From Actinomycetota bacterium (lineage in GTDB: Bacteria; Actinomycetota; UBA4738; CALAEC01), in contig DASYUI010000038.1 of assembly GCA_036001425.1 (NCBI GenBank), positions 8,139 to 72,138 on the forward strand: DNA of 64,000 nucleotides. Reading direction: 5' to 3'. A program made the translations under genes and the position numbers. Below the pieces are notes generated by a model. That model was given only the letters and a program-made list of their open reading frames with translations, was not told where the DNA came from and did no database searches. Positions within the stretch are counted from its first letter, which is position 1. The number at the start of each line of letters is the position of its first letter. Shown piece after piece: positions 1 to 10,530 of the stretch.

Positions 1-1
1 C

Positions 2-1270
2 CTCGGCTCCCAGGTCGTGGGGTTCGTCGGCGTGGACGACGTCGGGCTGGCGGGGCTCGAGCTCGAGTACGACGAGCTGCTGGCCGGGCGGCCCGGGGAG
101 ATGGTGGTGGAGCAGGATCCGGCCGGGCGGCCTATCCCCCAGGGTGAGCGGAAGATGGAGCCGCCGTCGGCGGGCGCCGACCTCGTTCTCACCATCGACC
201 GGGACCTCCAGTACCAGGCGCAGCGCGCGCTTGCGGCCTCGGTCCAGGCCAACCAGGCGAAGGGCGGAAGCGTCGTCATCATGGACCCCGCGACCGGGGA
301 GATCCTGGCCATGGCGACGTACCCGTGGTTCGACGCCAACCGGTTCTCGGAGGCGGCGCCGGAGGTGATCCGGAACCGCGCGGTGACGGACGTCTACGAG
401 CCCGGCTCAGTGAACAAGGTGATCACGGCCGCGGGGGCTCTGGAGGAGGGGATCATCGGACTTCGCGAGGTGCTCCGCGTTCCCGATCATCACTTGCTCG
501 GAGACAAAGTCTTCCACGACGCGCACCCGCATCCGGTGGAGCGCATGACCCTGGCCGATGTCATCGCCCAATCCAGCAACATTGGAACGATCATGGTTGC
601 GGACCGGCTCGGGAAAGAGCGGCTCGACGCGTACCTCCGGCGATTCGGGTTTGGAGAGGAGACCAAGCTTCGGTTCCCCGGCGAGGCCGATGGCATCCTC
701 CTCGACGCGGATGACTGGTGGGTCACCAGCATGGGGACCATCCCCATCGGCCAGGGGATCGCGGTGACGCCACTTCAGATGCTCTCGGTGTACGCCACGG
801 TGGCGAACGAGGGAGTCCGGGTGGAGCCGACGCTCGTGCGCGGTCACGTCGAGCCCGGAGGCAGGTTCGTTCGCAGTCGTGAGCCGGTCCGGCGGCGGGT
901 CGTATCTGTCCAGACCGCTCGGATCCTCACGAGGATGCTGGCGCACGCGGTTCGGGAAGGGACCGGCCAGGCGGCCGAGATCCCCGGTTACTGGGTCGCG
1001 GGGAAGACCGGAACCGCCCGGAAACCGCTCGAGGACGCCCTCGGCTACAGCGATCGCTACGTGGCCTCCTTCCTCGGGTTCGCCCCGGCGCGTCATCCTC
1101 GGGTCGTTGTGGCCGCCATCCTCGACGAGCCCGTGACCGTGTACGGCGGCATTGCCGCCGCGCCGCTCTTCCGAGAAGTGACGAGATTTGCCCTGGCGCA
1201 TTTGCAAGTTGCTCCGGAGCGCCCGCCGCGAGTCCCCCCCGTCGCGGAGCGGCCGTGTACCGGGTGCTAG
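2..1270 (+). CDS. ftsI: Class B penicillin-binding protein / peptidoglycan D,D-transpeptidase FtsI (5' end outside window)
   Basis: Frame is open to the window edge. Transpeptidase motifs SVNK (SxxK), SSN (SxN) and KTGT (KTG). Directly precedes murE-murF-mraY as in dcw clusters. Confidence 0.9.
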   Translation, partial: LGSQVVGFVGVDDVGLAGLELEYDELLAGRPGEMVVEQDPAGRPIPQGERKMEPPSAGADLVLTIDRDLQYQAQRALAASVQANQAKGGSVVIMDPATGEILAMATYPWFDANRFSEAAPEVIRNRAVTDVYEPGSVNKVITAAGALEEGIIGLREVLRVPDHHLLGDKVFHDAHPHPVERMTLADVIAQSSNIGTIMVADRLGKERLDAYLRRFGFGEETKLRFPGEADGILLDADDWWVTSMGTIPIGQGIAVTPLQMLSVYATVANEGVRVEPTLVRGHVEPGGRFVRSREPVRRRVVSVQTARILTRMLAHAVREGTGQAAEIPGYWVAGKTGTARKPLEDALGYSDRYVASFLGFAPARHPRVVVAAILDEPVTVYGGIAAAPLFREVTRFALAHLQVAPERPPRVPPVAERPCTGC

Positions 1271-2805
1271 AATCACCGCTGCTCGGCGCGTCCGGGGCAC
1301 ACGACCCGCCCGTGACTCCCATCATTCCTCTGCGTGAATTGCTTGCCGCCCTCCCCGACGCGGAGGTGCGCGGCGACGCCACCGTTCCCATCTCCGGGCT
1401 GACGTACCGCTCCTCAGAGGCCGGACCGCACTTCCTCTTCTTCTGCGTTCGGGGAACGAAGCTCGACGGGCATGACTTCGCGCCGGAGGCCGTCGCTCGG
1501 TCGGCGGCGGCGGTGCTCGTCGAGCGGTGGCTCGATCTACCTGGCGAAGTGACGCAAGTCCTCGTCTCGTCTGTCAGGAGGGCCATGGGCCCGGTGGCCT
1601 CGGCGTTCTATGGGCGACCGTCGGAGCGGATGGTCCTCGTCGGGATCACCGGGACCAACGGCAAGACGACGACGACGTACATCCTCGAAGAGGTGTTCCG
1701 CGCCGCCGGTTTCGTGCCGGGAGTCATCGGCACCACCGGCGCCCGAGTCGACGGGCGGCCGGTTCCCCTCGAGCGCACGACACCGGAGGCTCCGGACTTC
1801 CACCGCCTCCTCGCGGACATGGTCCAGCGGGGGGTGGGGGCGGTGGCCATGGAAGTGTCCTCCCACGGACTCGATCAGCACCGCGTGGGCGGTGCCCGGT
1901 ACGCCTGCTCGGTGTTCACCAACCTCTCCCAGGACCATCTCGACTATCACGGGACGATCGAGGAGTACTACCGGGCCAAGGCCCGCCTGTTCACGCCGGA
2001 GATGTCGGACCGCGCCGCGGTGAATTTCGATCCTCCGGAGGGACGCAGGTTGGTCGACGAGATCGGTCGGTCCCTGCCCGTGCTGACCTACGGCGCGGCC
2101 GAGGACGCCGAGTTTCGCGCCACGGATGTGGCGGTCGGGCCGGAGGGCCTGCAATTCCGCGTGGACGGCCGGGAGGTGCGTTCCCCACTCCGCGGAGCGT
2201 TCAACGTGCAGAACTGCCTCGCCGCCCTGGCCGCGGCCCGGCAGGTCGGGATCGACGACGAGTCCGCTGTCCGCGGCGTGGGGACGGTGGGCAGGATCCC
2301 GGGAAGGTTCGAAGCCGTCGATGCAGGACAGCCGTTTCAGGTCCTCGTCGACTACGCCCATACGCCCGACAGCATTGAGAACGTCCTCGTCGCCGCACGT
2401 CCCTTGGCCGGCGCCCAGCGCGTGCTGGTGGTGCTGGGCTGCGGCGGGGACCGGGACCGTGGCAAACGCTCGCTCATGGGGGAAGCCGCTACCCGGCTCG
2501 CCGACCTCACCGTGATCACCAGCGACAACCCGAGGTCGGAGGATCCGGTGAGCATCATCGCCGAGATCGAGCCCGGGGCCCGCCGTGGGGGCGGCAGCTA
2601 CATCGTGGAACCGGACCGGCGCGAGGCCATCCGCCTGGCCCTCTACGAAGCGGGGCCGGGCGATGTGGTGGTGATCGCCGGCAAGGGCCACGAGACCGGG
2701 CAAGAGTTTGCCGACCGGACAATCCCCTTCGACGACCGGGTGGTGGCCATGGAGGAGCTCGAGCGGCTCGGGGGGCGGGGAAATGAGCCCGGAATCGGAT
2801 CATGA
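1255..2805 (+). CDS. murE: UDP-N-acetylmuramoyl-L-alanyl-D-glutamate--2,6-diaminopimelate ligase
   Basis: Mur ligase P-loop GITGTNGKTTTT. DNPRSE motif typical of mDAP-adding MurE. Start uncertain: GTG 1255 overlaps the ftsI stop, and in-frame GTG 1312 is also plausible. Confidence 0.9.
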   Translation: MYRVLESPLLGASGAHDPPVTPIIPLRELLAALPDAEVRGDATVPISGLTYRSSEAGPHFLFFCVRGTKLDGHDFAPEAVARSAAAVLVERWLDLPGEVTQVLVSSVRRAMGPVASAFYGRPSERMVLVGITGTNGKTTTTYILEEVFRAAGFVPGVIGTTGARVDGRPVPLERTTPEAPDFHRLLADMVQRGVGAVAMEVSSHGLDQHRVGGARYACSVFTNLSQDHLDYHGTIEEYYRAKARLFTPEMSDRAAVNFDPPEGRRLVDEIGRSLPVLTYGAAEDAEFRATDVAVGPEGLQFRVDGREVRSPLRGAFNVQNCLAALAAARQVGIDDESAVRGVGTVGRIPGRFEAVDAGQPFQVLVDYAHTPDSIENVLVAARPLAGAQRVLVVLGCGGDRDRGKRSLMGEAATRLADLTVITSDNPRSEDPVSIIAEIEPGARRGGGSYIVEPDRREAIRLALYEAGPGDVVVIAGKGHETGQEFADRTIPFDDRVVAMEELERLGGRGNEPGIGS

Positions 2806-2869
2806 AGCGTCTCTCTGAGCGAAGTCGAGGGTTGGCCCCCCGGCACCGGATGGGGGAGGAGGCGCGAAG

Positions 2870-4243
2870 TTGAAGCCCCGTCGCCTTTCGTGGGTGGCGG
2901 AGGCCACCGGCGGCCACCGGGTCGGTGAAGACCGGGAGGTCACCGGCGTGGCCATCGACAGCCGGGAGGTGCGGCCCGGGGACCTGTTCGTGGCTCTCGC
3001 CGGGGAGCGCGTCGACGGCCACAACTTCCTCGCCTCGGCGTTCTCCGCGGGCGCGTCCGGCGCGCTGGTCGAGCGCCAGGGCGACCACCGCGGCTCCGCG
3101 GTCGTGGTCGCCGATGCCGGGCGGGCCCTGTTGGACCTCGCGGCGGCCGAGCGGCGCGAGCTCCGGGCGACGGTCGTGGGCATCACCGGCTCCACGGGGA
3201 AAACGTCGGTGAAGGACCTCACGGCTGCGGTGCTGGCGACCCGGTTCCGGGTTCACGCCAGCCCGCGATCGTTCAACACAGAGGTGGGAGTCCCGCTCAC
3301 CCTTCTGTCCGCCGGGACAGAAGCGGACGTCGTGGTGTGCGAGATGGGGAGTCGGGGCCTAGGCCACATCGCGCTCCTCGCCAAGGCGGCCCGCCCCCAC
3401 GTGGGTGTGGTTACCAACGTCGGCCTGGCCCACATGGAGATGTTCGGATCCCGCGAGGCGGTGGCGAACGCCAAGGCCGAGCTGGTGGAGTCCCTGCCCA
3501 GAGACGGGATCGCCGTCCTGAACGCCGACGATCCGGTGGTCCGCACGTTCGGCACCCGCACCCGTGCTCGGGTGATCCGATTCGGTATCGCCGCCGACGC
3601 CGATGTCCGCGGCGATGACCTGGTGCTCGACCGGGACGGCCATCCGTCCTTCATCCTCGCGACTCCCGCCGGGTCCGAGCGAGTGGAGCTCCCCCTCACT
3701 GGCGAGCACATGGCCTGGAACGCCCTCGCCGCGGCGGCGTGCGGCGTCGGGCTGGGGCTCACGGCGGGGGAGTGCGCCGCGGGACTGAAGGAAGCCCGAG
3801 TCTCACCCTGGCGTATGGAGGTGTTGGAGACTCCCGGGGGGCTCCGCCTCGTGAACGACGCGTACAACGCCAATCCCACGTCGATGGCCGCCGCTCTCAG
3901 AACGGCTCGGGTAATGGCCGGGGACGGTCGGTGCGTGGCCGTGCTGGGGGAGATGGCCGAGCTCGGGTCGATCGGGACCGAGGAGCACGAGCGGATCGGA
4001 GAGCTCGTGGCCCGGCTGGGGATCGAGCGACTCATCACCGTGGGTGACGCGGCCCACGTGATCGCGGTGGCGGCCGTCCGCGAGGGCGTCGAGCCCGAGC
4101 GGGTGACGCGGTGCTCGACCCTCGAGGAGGCCGCCGAAGCCGTCATGGCGGATGCCCGGCCCGGGGATCTCGTCCTGGTAAAGGCGTCGCGGGCGATCGG
4201 CCTGGAGCGGGTGGCCGAGCGGTTGATGGAGGAACCGGCGTGA
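2870..4243 (+). CDS. murF: UDP-N-acetylmuramoyl-tripeptide--D-alanyl-D-alanine ligase
   Basis: Mur ligase P-loop GITGSTGKTS. Sits between murE and mraY. TTG start is preceded by GGGGGAGGAGG. Confidence 0.9.
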   Translation: MKPRRLSWVAEATGGHRVGEDREVTGVAIDSREVRPGDLFVALAGERVDGHNFLASAFSAGASGALVERQGDHRGSAVVVADAGRALLDLAAAERRELRATVVGITGSTGKTSVKDLTAAVLATRFRVHASPRSFNTEVGVPLTLLSAGTEADVVVCEMGSRGLGHIALLAKAARPHVGVVTNVGLAHMEMFGSREAVANAKAELVESLPRDGIAVLNADDPVVRTFGTRTRARVIRFGIAADADVRGDDLVLDRDGHPSFILATPAGSERVELPLTGEHMAWNALAAAACGVGLGLTAGECAAGLKEARVSPWRMEVLETPGGLRLVNDAYNANPTSMAAALRTARVMAGDGRCVAVLGEMAELGSIGTEEHERIGELVARLGIERLITVGDAAHVIAVAAVREGVEPERVTRCSTLEEAAEAVMADARPGDLVLVKASRAIGLERVAERLMEEPA

Positions 4244-5304
4244 GCAGCATCCTCATCGCCGCGGCGATCGGGCTGTTCTCCACGCTCCTCGGCACGCCGA
4301 TCGCCATCCGACTGTTCCGAGTGCTCGAATGGGGACAGCGGGTGCGCGAGCCCGGGCCCCACGCCGCCCCGCCGCATCGGGAGAAGATGGGCACTCCGAC
4401 CATGGGGGGGCTCGTGATCCTGGGTGGCACGCTCTTCGCGTACCTCCTTTCGGGGCTTGCGTTCGGGCGAATCACGACGACCGGCCTGCTCGTCGTGGGT
4501 GCGGGGGCGGGACTGGGGTTGGTTGGGTTCGTCGACGACTATGTGAAGATCCGGCGGCCCCGCCAGCACTCCCTGGGCATCAACAAGACCGCGAAGCTCG
4601 CCGGCCAGGCCGTGGTGGCCGTGCTGTTCGCCCTGGCGATCACTCGCCTGACGGGAGCGGACACGGAGATCTCGTTCATCCGTTCGACCGGACTGAATCT
4701 CGGCCTCGGGTTCTTCATTTGGGTGTTCCTGATGGTGGCTGCGACGGCGAACGCGGTGAACCTGACGGACGGCCTCGACGGGCTTGCGTCGGGCTCGGTA
4801 GCCATGGTCATGGCGTCCTACGTGATCATCGCGTTCTGGCAGTTCCGGCACACCTGCGCGTTCACTCCCACGGCCGGGTGCTACGACGTGAACCTGGCCA
4901 CCGCGCTGGACCTGGCCATCGTGGCCGCCGCGGCCATGGGCGCCGTGGCCGGGTTCCTATGGTGGAACGCTGCCCCGGCCAAGATCTTCATGGGCGACAC
5001 GGGATCCCTGGCCCTCGGGGGGCTCATCGCCGCGCTCGCCATCGCCACCGAGACCCAGCTGCTCCTCATCATCCTGGGCGGGCTGTTCGTCCTGGAGACG
5101 ACGTCCGTCATCCTTCAGGTGATCGCGTTCCGGATCTTCAGGCGGCGGCTGTTCCGGATCGCCCCGATCCACCACCACTTCGAGCTCCTCGGCTGGCCTG
5201 AGTTCACTGTGATCGTTCGGTTCTGGATCATCGCGGGACTCATGGTGGCGTTCGGCCTGGGGCTGTTCTACGCCGACTTCTTGGCGCGGGGAGGGATCGA
5301 GTGA
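4240..5304 (+). CDS. mraY: Phospho-N-acetylmuramoyl-pentapeptide transferase
   Basis: Polytopic membrane protein with NAVNLTDGLDGLA and PIHHHFE motifs. GTG 4240 overlaps the murF stop (GTGA). The ORF-track start 4111 is a 5' over-extension inside murF. Confidence 0.9.
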   Translation: MSSILIAAAIGLFSTLLGTPIAIRLFRVLEWGQRVREPGPHAAPPHREKMGTPTMGGLVILGGTLFAYLLSGLAFGRITTTGLLVVGAGAGLGLVGFVDDYVKIRRPRQHSLGINKTAKLAGQAVVAVLFALAITRLTGADTEISFIRSTGLNLGLGFFIWVFLMVAATANAVNLTDGLDGLASGSVAMVMASYVIIAFWQFRHTCAFTPTAGCYDVNLATALDLAIVAAAAMGAVAGFLWWNAAPAKIFMGDTGSLALGGLIAALAIATETQLLLIILGGLFVLETTSVILQVIAFRIFRRRLFRIAPIHHHFELLGWPEFTVIVRFWIIAGLMVAFGLGLFYADFLARGGIE

Positions 5305-6671
5305 GCGACCTTCGGGGGCGCCGGGTCGTCGTGATCGGACTGGCAGAGAGCGGACTGGCGGCCGTGCGGGTGCTCCGGGAGCTCGGAGCGGTCGTGCGAG
5401 TCACTGAGGCGCGGCCCGCCGAGGAGATCGCGGACGCGGCCGCGGCGGCGGAGAGCGCCGGTGCCGAGGTCCTCCCGGGTGGTCACGACCCCCAACACCT
5501 GGACGGCGCGGACCTGGTGATCACCAGCCCCGGGGTCCCGCAGGGCGCGGAGGTCCTTCGGTGGGCGCGGAAGGGACGTGTTCCGATCTGGAGCGAGCTC
5601 GAGCTGGGGGCTCACGTGGCCCGGACTCCCTACGTGGCCGTCACCGGAACCAACGGCAAGACCACCACCACCGAGATGATCGCGGCGATCCTCCGAGCGG
5701 ACGGGCGTGACGCCGTCGCTTGCGGCAACGTGGGGCTGCCGTTCTCGACCGCCGCCGCCCGGGACCACGAGACGTTGGTCGTGGAGGCATCCTCCTTCCA
5801 GCTGCGGTTCCACGAGTCGTTCCATCCGAAGGTCTCGGTGCTCCTGAACCTGGCCCCGGATCACCTCGACTGGCATGGCTCCTTCTCCGCGTATCGCGAC
5901 GCGAAGGCAAGGGTGTTCGCCCTGCAGGGAGAGGGCGACACGCACGTGGGCAACCGGGACGACGCGCACGCGGCCCCGCTGTCGCGGCAGGCCCCGTGCC
6001 CCTTGGTGTGGTTCACCCTGGCCGAACCCAGGGCCGGGGAAGTCGGGTACATCGGCGACGAACTCGTGCTTCGGCTCGAGGGCGAGCACCGCATCCAGCT
6101 CCCCGGCGCGCAGAGCGAGACGATGCGATGGGATGCTGCCGCCGCGACGGCCGCCTCCGTCTCATTCGGAGCGGACCTCACGTCGGCCCAGATGGCCCTG
6201 TCGACGTTCCAGTCGCTGCCTCACCGGGGCGCCGTCGTCGCCGAGGTCGAGGGCATCCGATTCATCGACGATTCGAAGGCCACGAACCCCCACGCCGCGC
6301 TGGCGGCACTCTCCGGGCTGACCGACGTGGTGCTCGTGGCCGGGGGAAGGAGCAAGGGCATCGACCTGTCGCCCCTTGCGGCGGCCACGGTCCGCCTGCG
6401 CGGTGTCGTGGCGATCGGGGAAGCCGCCCCCGAGCTGGTCACCCTGTTCCAGGGCAACGTTCCCGTACGAACCGCTTCCACGATCGAGGCCGCGGTGGAG
6501 GAAGGGTTTCGGATGGGGCGCCCCGGCAGCATCGTGCTGCTGGCGCCGGCGTGCGCCAGCCAGGACATGTTCCGCGACTACCGAGAGCGGGGCGAGCGGT
6601 TCTCCGCGGCCGCCCGGGCCCTCGTCGCCCGCGGAGCGGCGTCAGGAGGAAGGAGTGCAGCCCGTGGGTAG
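5301..6671 (+). CDS. murD: UDP-N-acetylmuramoylalanine--D-glutamate ligase
   Basis: N-terminal Rossmann-like VVVIGLAESG and P-loop VTGTNGKTTTTEM. GTGA overlap with the mraY stop. Confidence 0.9.
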   Translation: MSDLRGRRVVVIGLAESGLAAVRVLRELGAVVRVTEARPAEEIADAAAAAESAGAEVLPGGHDPQHLDGADLVITSPGVPQGAEVLRWARKGRVPIWSELELGAHVARTPYVAVTGTNGKTTTTEMIAAILRADGRDAVACGNVGLPFSTAAARDHETLVVEASSFQLRFHESFHPKVSVLLNLAPDHLDWHGSFSAYRDAKARVFALQGEGDTHVGNRDDAHAAPLSRQAPCPLVWFTLAEPRAGEVGYIGDELVLRLEGEHRIQLPGAQSETMRWDAAAATAASVSFGADLTSAQMALSTFQSLPHRGAVVAEVEGIRFIDDSKATNPHAALAALSGLTDVVLVAGGRSKGIDLSPLAAATVRLRGVVAIGEAAPELVTLFQGNVPVRTASTIEAAVEEGFRMGRPGSIVLLAPACASQDMFRDYRERGERFSAAARALVARGAASGGRSAARG

Positions 6672-7926
6672 CCTCAGCCGCACCCGGCCACGCCGGCCGG
6701 CGCCCCACCTCCGGGTGGTCGGGCCCGACGAACCAGCGACTCTCGTTGCTGATCTTCGACCCGCCGGCCAGACCGGCCGGGCACCGGCGGAGCCCGCCGA
6801 CCGCGCCGTGAGGCTGCTGCTCGCGTCGACACTCTCGCTCACGGTCATTGGCCTGGTGATGGTGCTCTCTGCCTCGTCCGTGTCGGCCTACGCTCGGTAC
6901 GGCTCCAGCTTCTTGTTCTTCCGCCGCCAGCTCGTGTATGCGCTCGTCGGTGGGGCGGCCCTATGGCTCACCTCGCGCATGCGGCACCGGGCGTGGGAGC
7001 GTCTCGCTGCACCGCTCCTGGCGGTCAGCGTCGTGCTGCTCGCTCTCGTCCTCCATCCGGCGGCGGGAACCGTAGCGGGCGGATCCGCCAGATGGATCGT
7101 CATGGGACCGGTGACCGTGCAGCCATCCGAGATGGCGAAGCTGGCAGTGATCGCCTTCACCTCGGCGCTCCTGGCGCGGAGATGGCGGGAGCTGCACGAC
7201 GTCGGGAGGCTGGCCATGCCACTCCTTCCGGTCGTCGGGCTGGTATGCGCGCTCATCATGCTGCAGCCGGACCTCGGGACCACGGTGGTCCTGGCGGGCG
7301 TCGTGTTCGCTCTCCTCTTCGTGGCCGGTGCCCGTCTGCGCCATCTGTTCCTCGGCGTCGTCGGCAGCGCCTCGCTGGGGTTCGCGCTGATCTACGTCGA
7401 GGGGTACCGGTGGAGCCGGTTCATCGCCTTCCTGAACCCCTGGGCAGATCCACAGGGGGCCGGGTATCAGATCATCCAGTCGATGATCGCGCTGGCTTCG
7501 GGCGGCCCGCTCGGCGTTGGACTCGGAGCCAGCCGGCAGAAGTGGCTCTACGTACCCAACGCCCACACCGACTTCATCTTCTCCATCATCGGTGAGGAGC
7601 TTGGACTCGTTGGCAACTTGGTGGTCTTGGCGTTGTTTGGCATGTTCATCTATGCGGGAGTCCGCATCGCGATGCGGGCTCCCGACCCGTTCGGCCGGTT
7701 CATGGCCGCCGGCATCACGGCCTGGATCGGGCTGCAGGCGATCGTGAATCTGGGAGCGGTGACGGCCCTCCTCCCCATCACCGGCGTGCCGCTCCCGTTC
7801 GTATCGTTCGGCGGCTCCGCCCTCGTCGTCTCACTGGCCGCCGTCGGCATCTTAGTGTCCATCGGTCGCAACCCTTCTGTCCGTCTCGGCAGGCCTTCCG
7901 CTCGCCAGGCAAGGACGCGGTCGTGA
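6655..7926 (+). CDS. ftsW: SEDS-family peptidoglycan glycosyltransferase FtsW
   Basis: FtsW/RodA/SpoVE-type motifs QPSEMAKL, TDFIFSIIGEELG and PLPFVSFGGSA. Start set to GTG 6655 after GGAGGAAGGAG. The ORF-track start 6376 lies inside murD. Confidence 0.85.
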   Translation: MQPVGSLSRTRPRRPAPHLRVVGPDEPATLVADLRPAGQTGRAPAEPADRAVRLLLASTLSLTVIGLVMVLSASSVSAYARYGSSFLFFRRQLVYALVGGAALWLTSRMRHRAWERLAAPLLAVSVVLLALVLHPAAGTVAGGSARWIVMGPVTVQPSEMAKLAVIAFTSALLARRWRELHDVGRLAMPLLPVVGLVCALIMLQPDLGTTVVLAGVVFALLFVAGARLRHLFLGVVGSASLGFALIYVEGYRWSRFIAFLNPWADPQGAGYQIIQSMIALASGGPLGVGLGASRQKWLYVPNAHTDFIFSIIGEELGLVGNLVVLALFGMFIYAGVRIAMRAPDPFGRFMAAGITAWIGLQAIVNLGAVTALLPITGVPLPFVSFGGSALVVSLAAVGILVSIGRNPSVRLGRPSARQARTRS

Positions 7927-9050
7927 GGTCGTTCCGCGTCCTGATCGCCGCCGGGGGAACGGCGGGGCACGTGTTTCCCGGCCTGGCGGTGGCCCGAAGC
8001 CTGCGCGACCGGTTCGGGGCCGACATCCTGTTCATCGGTCGGCCGGACGGCCAGGAGGCAACGCTCGTTCCGGAGGCGGGATTCCGGCTCGCCACGGTGG
8101 AGGCCCGCCCGTTCGTGCGACGGATCTCCTTCGCCGCGCTTCGCGCGCCCGTCACCGCGCTGCGGGCCGCCGGGAAGGCCCGGCGCATCGCCCGGGGCGC
8201 GGACGTCGTGCTGGGGATGGGTGGGTACGTGAGCGTCCCCGTCTCGCTCGCCGCGGGGCGGGAACGGGTGCCGCTGGTGATCCATGAGCAGAACGCGGTG
8301 CTCGGGCTGGCCAATCGGGTGGCCGCTCGGTGGGCCGCGGCGGTGGCCCTGGGCTTCGAGGACGCCTCGTCCGGCGTGCCCGGCCGGACCCCGGCGGTCG
8401 TCACCGGCAACCCGGTCCGGGAGGGCGTGCTTCGTGTTCCGCTCGAGCGCGACGCCCTGGCGAAGGAAGCGTTCAGGGAATTCGGCCTGGAGCCCGATCG
8501 CAAGACGATCGCGATCTTCGGAGGGAGCCAGGGAGCGCTTCACCTCAATCAAGCGGCCGTGGGGGCGACCCGGATCCTCGACGGGCGATCGGACCTCCAG
8601 ATCCTCCTCATCACCGGCCCCAACCACCACGAGCGGTTCCGGCGGGAGATCCGGCCCGGCGGCGGCTTGCTGCTTCGGGCGGAAGCGTTCGTCGACCGTA
8701 TGGAGCTCGTGTACGCCTCCGCGGACCTCGCCGTGTCCAGGGCCGGCGCATCGACGGTGGCGGAGCTGACGGTGTGCGGGGTACCCGCGCTCCTGATCCC
8801 GTACCCATACGCGACCGGGCGGCACCAGGAAGCGAACGCTCGCGCCCTCCAGCGGGCCGGGGGAGCGAGAGTGCTCCTCGACGACCAGCTCGGCGCGGAG
8901 AGCCTGGCCGACCGCATCATCGAGCTCGTGGACCACCGGGAACGCCTCGCGCTCATGGCCGAGGCGTCCACGTCGTTCGGGAAGCCCGACGCCGCCGGCG
9001 CGCTGGCGACGCTCGCCGCCGAGTCCGCCCGCACCCGCCCTTCGGCCTGA
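7923..9050 (+). CDS. murG: UDP-N-acetylglucosamine--N-acetylmuramyl-(pentapeptide) pyrophosphoryl-undecaprenol GlcNAc transferase
   Basis: N-terminal GGTAGHVFP motif of the GT28 family. GTGA overlap with the ftsW stop. dcw position. Confidence 0.9.
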   Translation: MRSFRVLIAAGGTAGHVFPGLAVARSLRDRFGADILFIGRPDGQEATLVPEAGFRLATVEARPFVRRISFAALRAPVTALRAAGKARRIARGADVVLGMGGYVSVPVSLAAGRERVPLVIHEQNAVLGLANRVAARWAAAVALGFEDASSGVPGRTPAVVTGNPVREGVLRVPLERDALAKEAFREFGLEPDRKTIAIFGGSQGALHLNQAAVGATRILDGRSDLQILLITGPNHHERFRREIRPGGGLLLRAEAFVDRMELVYASADLAVSRAGASTVAELTVCGVPALLIPYPYATGRHQEANARALQRAGGARVLLDDQLGAESLADRIIELVDHRERLALMAEASTSFGKPDAAGALATLAAESARTRPSA

Positions 9051-9069
9051 GTCCGGTGAGGACATCGCG

Positions 9070-10530
9070 ATGACCTCCTATTCGCCCCCGCCGGGAAGTA
9101 TCCCGACACTACCCGTGCCCGACCTCTCCGGGATCCGCCGCGTCCACCTGGTGGGGATCGGTGGGGCCGGCATGAGCGGCATCGCCCGCATCCTGCTGGC
9201 GCGAGGAGTAGACGTCTCGGGGTCCGATCTCAAGGACGGCCCGGCACTCCCAGCACTTCGGGCGGAGGGCGCGGCCGTCGCGGTGGGACACTCGGCAAAC
9301 CTCGTGGGGAATGCCGAGTCCGTCGTGGTGTCCACGGCGATCGGTCCCTACAACCCCGAGGTCGTCGAAGCGCGATCGCGCGGGATCCCCGTCCTGGCCC
9401 GGGCGCAGGTGCTCGCGGCGCTGATGCGCGACCGGCGGGGGATTGCCGTCGCCGGGACCCACGGGAAGACCACCACCACGTCCATGGTGGCCGTGATCAT
9501 CGAACTCGCCGGGCTGGATCCAACGTACGTGATCGGCGGTGACCTCAACGAGAGCGGCAGCAACGCCCGTTCCGGACGCGGTGAGATCTTCGTGGCCGAG
9601 GCAGACGAGTCCGACGGCTCCTTCCTCCTGCTGTCGCCGGAGATCGCCGTGGTGACCAACATCGAGGAGGACCATCTGGACTTCTTCTCCGGCCGCGTTG
9701 AGATCGAGGCGGCGTTCGCGGAATTCTGCCGCCGGGCGACGGTCGTAGTCGCGTGCGGTGACGATCCCGCCGTGCGGCGAGTCCTCGAGGCCGCGGCCGT
9801 GTCCGCAGTGACCTACGGTGAGGGGCCGGAGAACGACGTGCGGCTCGAGGAAGTGAAGGTTCGGCACGACGGCGGCGCATGCGTGGTCCGGTGGGAGGGC
9901 GGCGGCGCCGAGATCACCGTCCCCTTGCCCGGCCGGCACTACCTGCTGAACGCGGCTGCCGCACTCACCGTGGCCCGACACGTGGGTGTGGACCCCGTGG
10001 ACGCGGCCGCGGCCCTAGCCACGTACCGAGGGGTCCGACGCCGGTACGAGCGTCGGGGGAGCGCCGCCGGCGCGGACTTCGTCGATGACTACGCCCATCA
10101 CCCGACGGAGATCGCTGCCACGCTCGCATCGGCGCGGGCCGCGTCGGCGGGCGGCGACGGCATCCGCCGGATCGTTGCGGTGTTCCAGCCGCATCGATAC
10201 ACGCGCACTGCCGCGATGTGGCGGGAGCTGGGAGGAAGCCTCGCCGACGCGGACCTCGCCGTCGTGACCGACGTCTATGCGGCGGGCGAGCTGCCCGTGC
10301 CCGGGATCACCGGGAAGCTCGTCGTGGATGCCCTAGCGGAGGCGGCCCCCGGGAAGCGGATCGTCTATCTTCCGCACCGCGCGGACCTGGCGTCGTTCCT
10401 CGCGCGCGAGGTACGCACCGGCGACCTCGTGCTGACCCTGGGCGCGGGAGACGTGACCATGGTGAGTGAAGAGACGCTAGCCCGGCTGGGCGCGGCGCCG
10501 GCCGCCACAGAGGAAACCCATGGCCGCTGA
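9070..10530 (+). CDS. murC: UDP-N-acetylmuramate--L-alanine ligase
   Basis: HLVGIGGAGMSGIA N-terminus and P-loop AGTHGKTTTTSM. Confidence 0.9.
   Translation: MTSYSPPPGSIPTLPVPDLSGIRRVHLVGIGGAGMSGIARILLARGVDVSGSDLKDGPALPALRAEGAAVAVGHSANLVGNAESVVVSTAIGPYNPEVVEARSRGIPVLARAQVLAALMRDRRGIAVAGTHGKTTTTSMVAVIIELAGLDPTYVIGGDLNESGSNARSGRGEIFVAEADESDGSFLLLSPEIAVVTNIEEDHLDFFSGRVEIEAAFAEFCRRATVVVACGDDPAVRRVLEAAAVSAVTYGEGPENDVRLEEVKVRHDGGACVVRWEGGGAEITVPLPGRHYLLNAAAALTVARHVGVDPVDAAAALATYRGVRRRYERRGSAAGADFVDDYAHHPTEIAATLASARAASAGGDGIRRIVAVFQPHRYTRTAAMWRELGGSLADADLAVVTDVYAAGELPVPGITGKLVVDALAEAAPGKRIVYLPHRADLASFLAREVRTGDLVLTLGAGDVTMVSEETLARLGAAPAATEETHGR

Noticed and set aside
6376-6654. 5' extension of the ftsW ORF. 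Analogous extensions: mraY 4111, coaE 49496, PKS 47453, DUF2203 51771, S9 peptidase 60543, uvrA 60026.
   Set aside because: The extensions overlap the preceding or opposite gene in another frame and are Arg/Pro-rich. Internal starts with RBS or -10 context coincide with where family-typical sequence begins.
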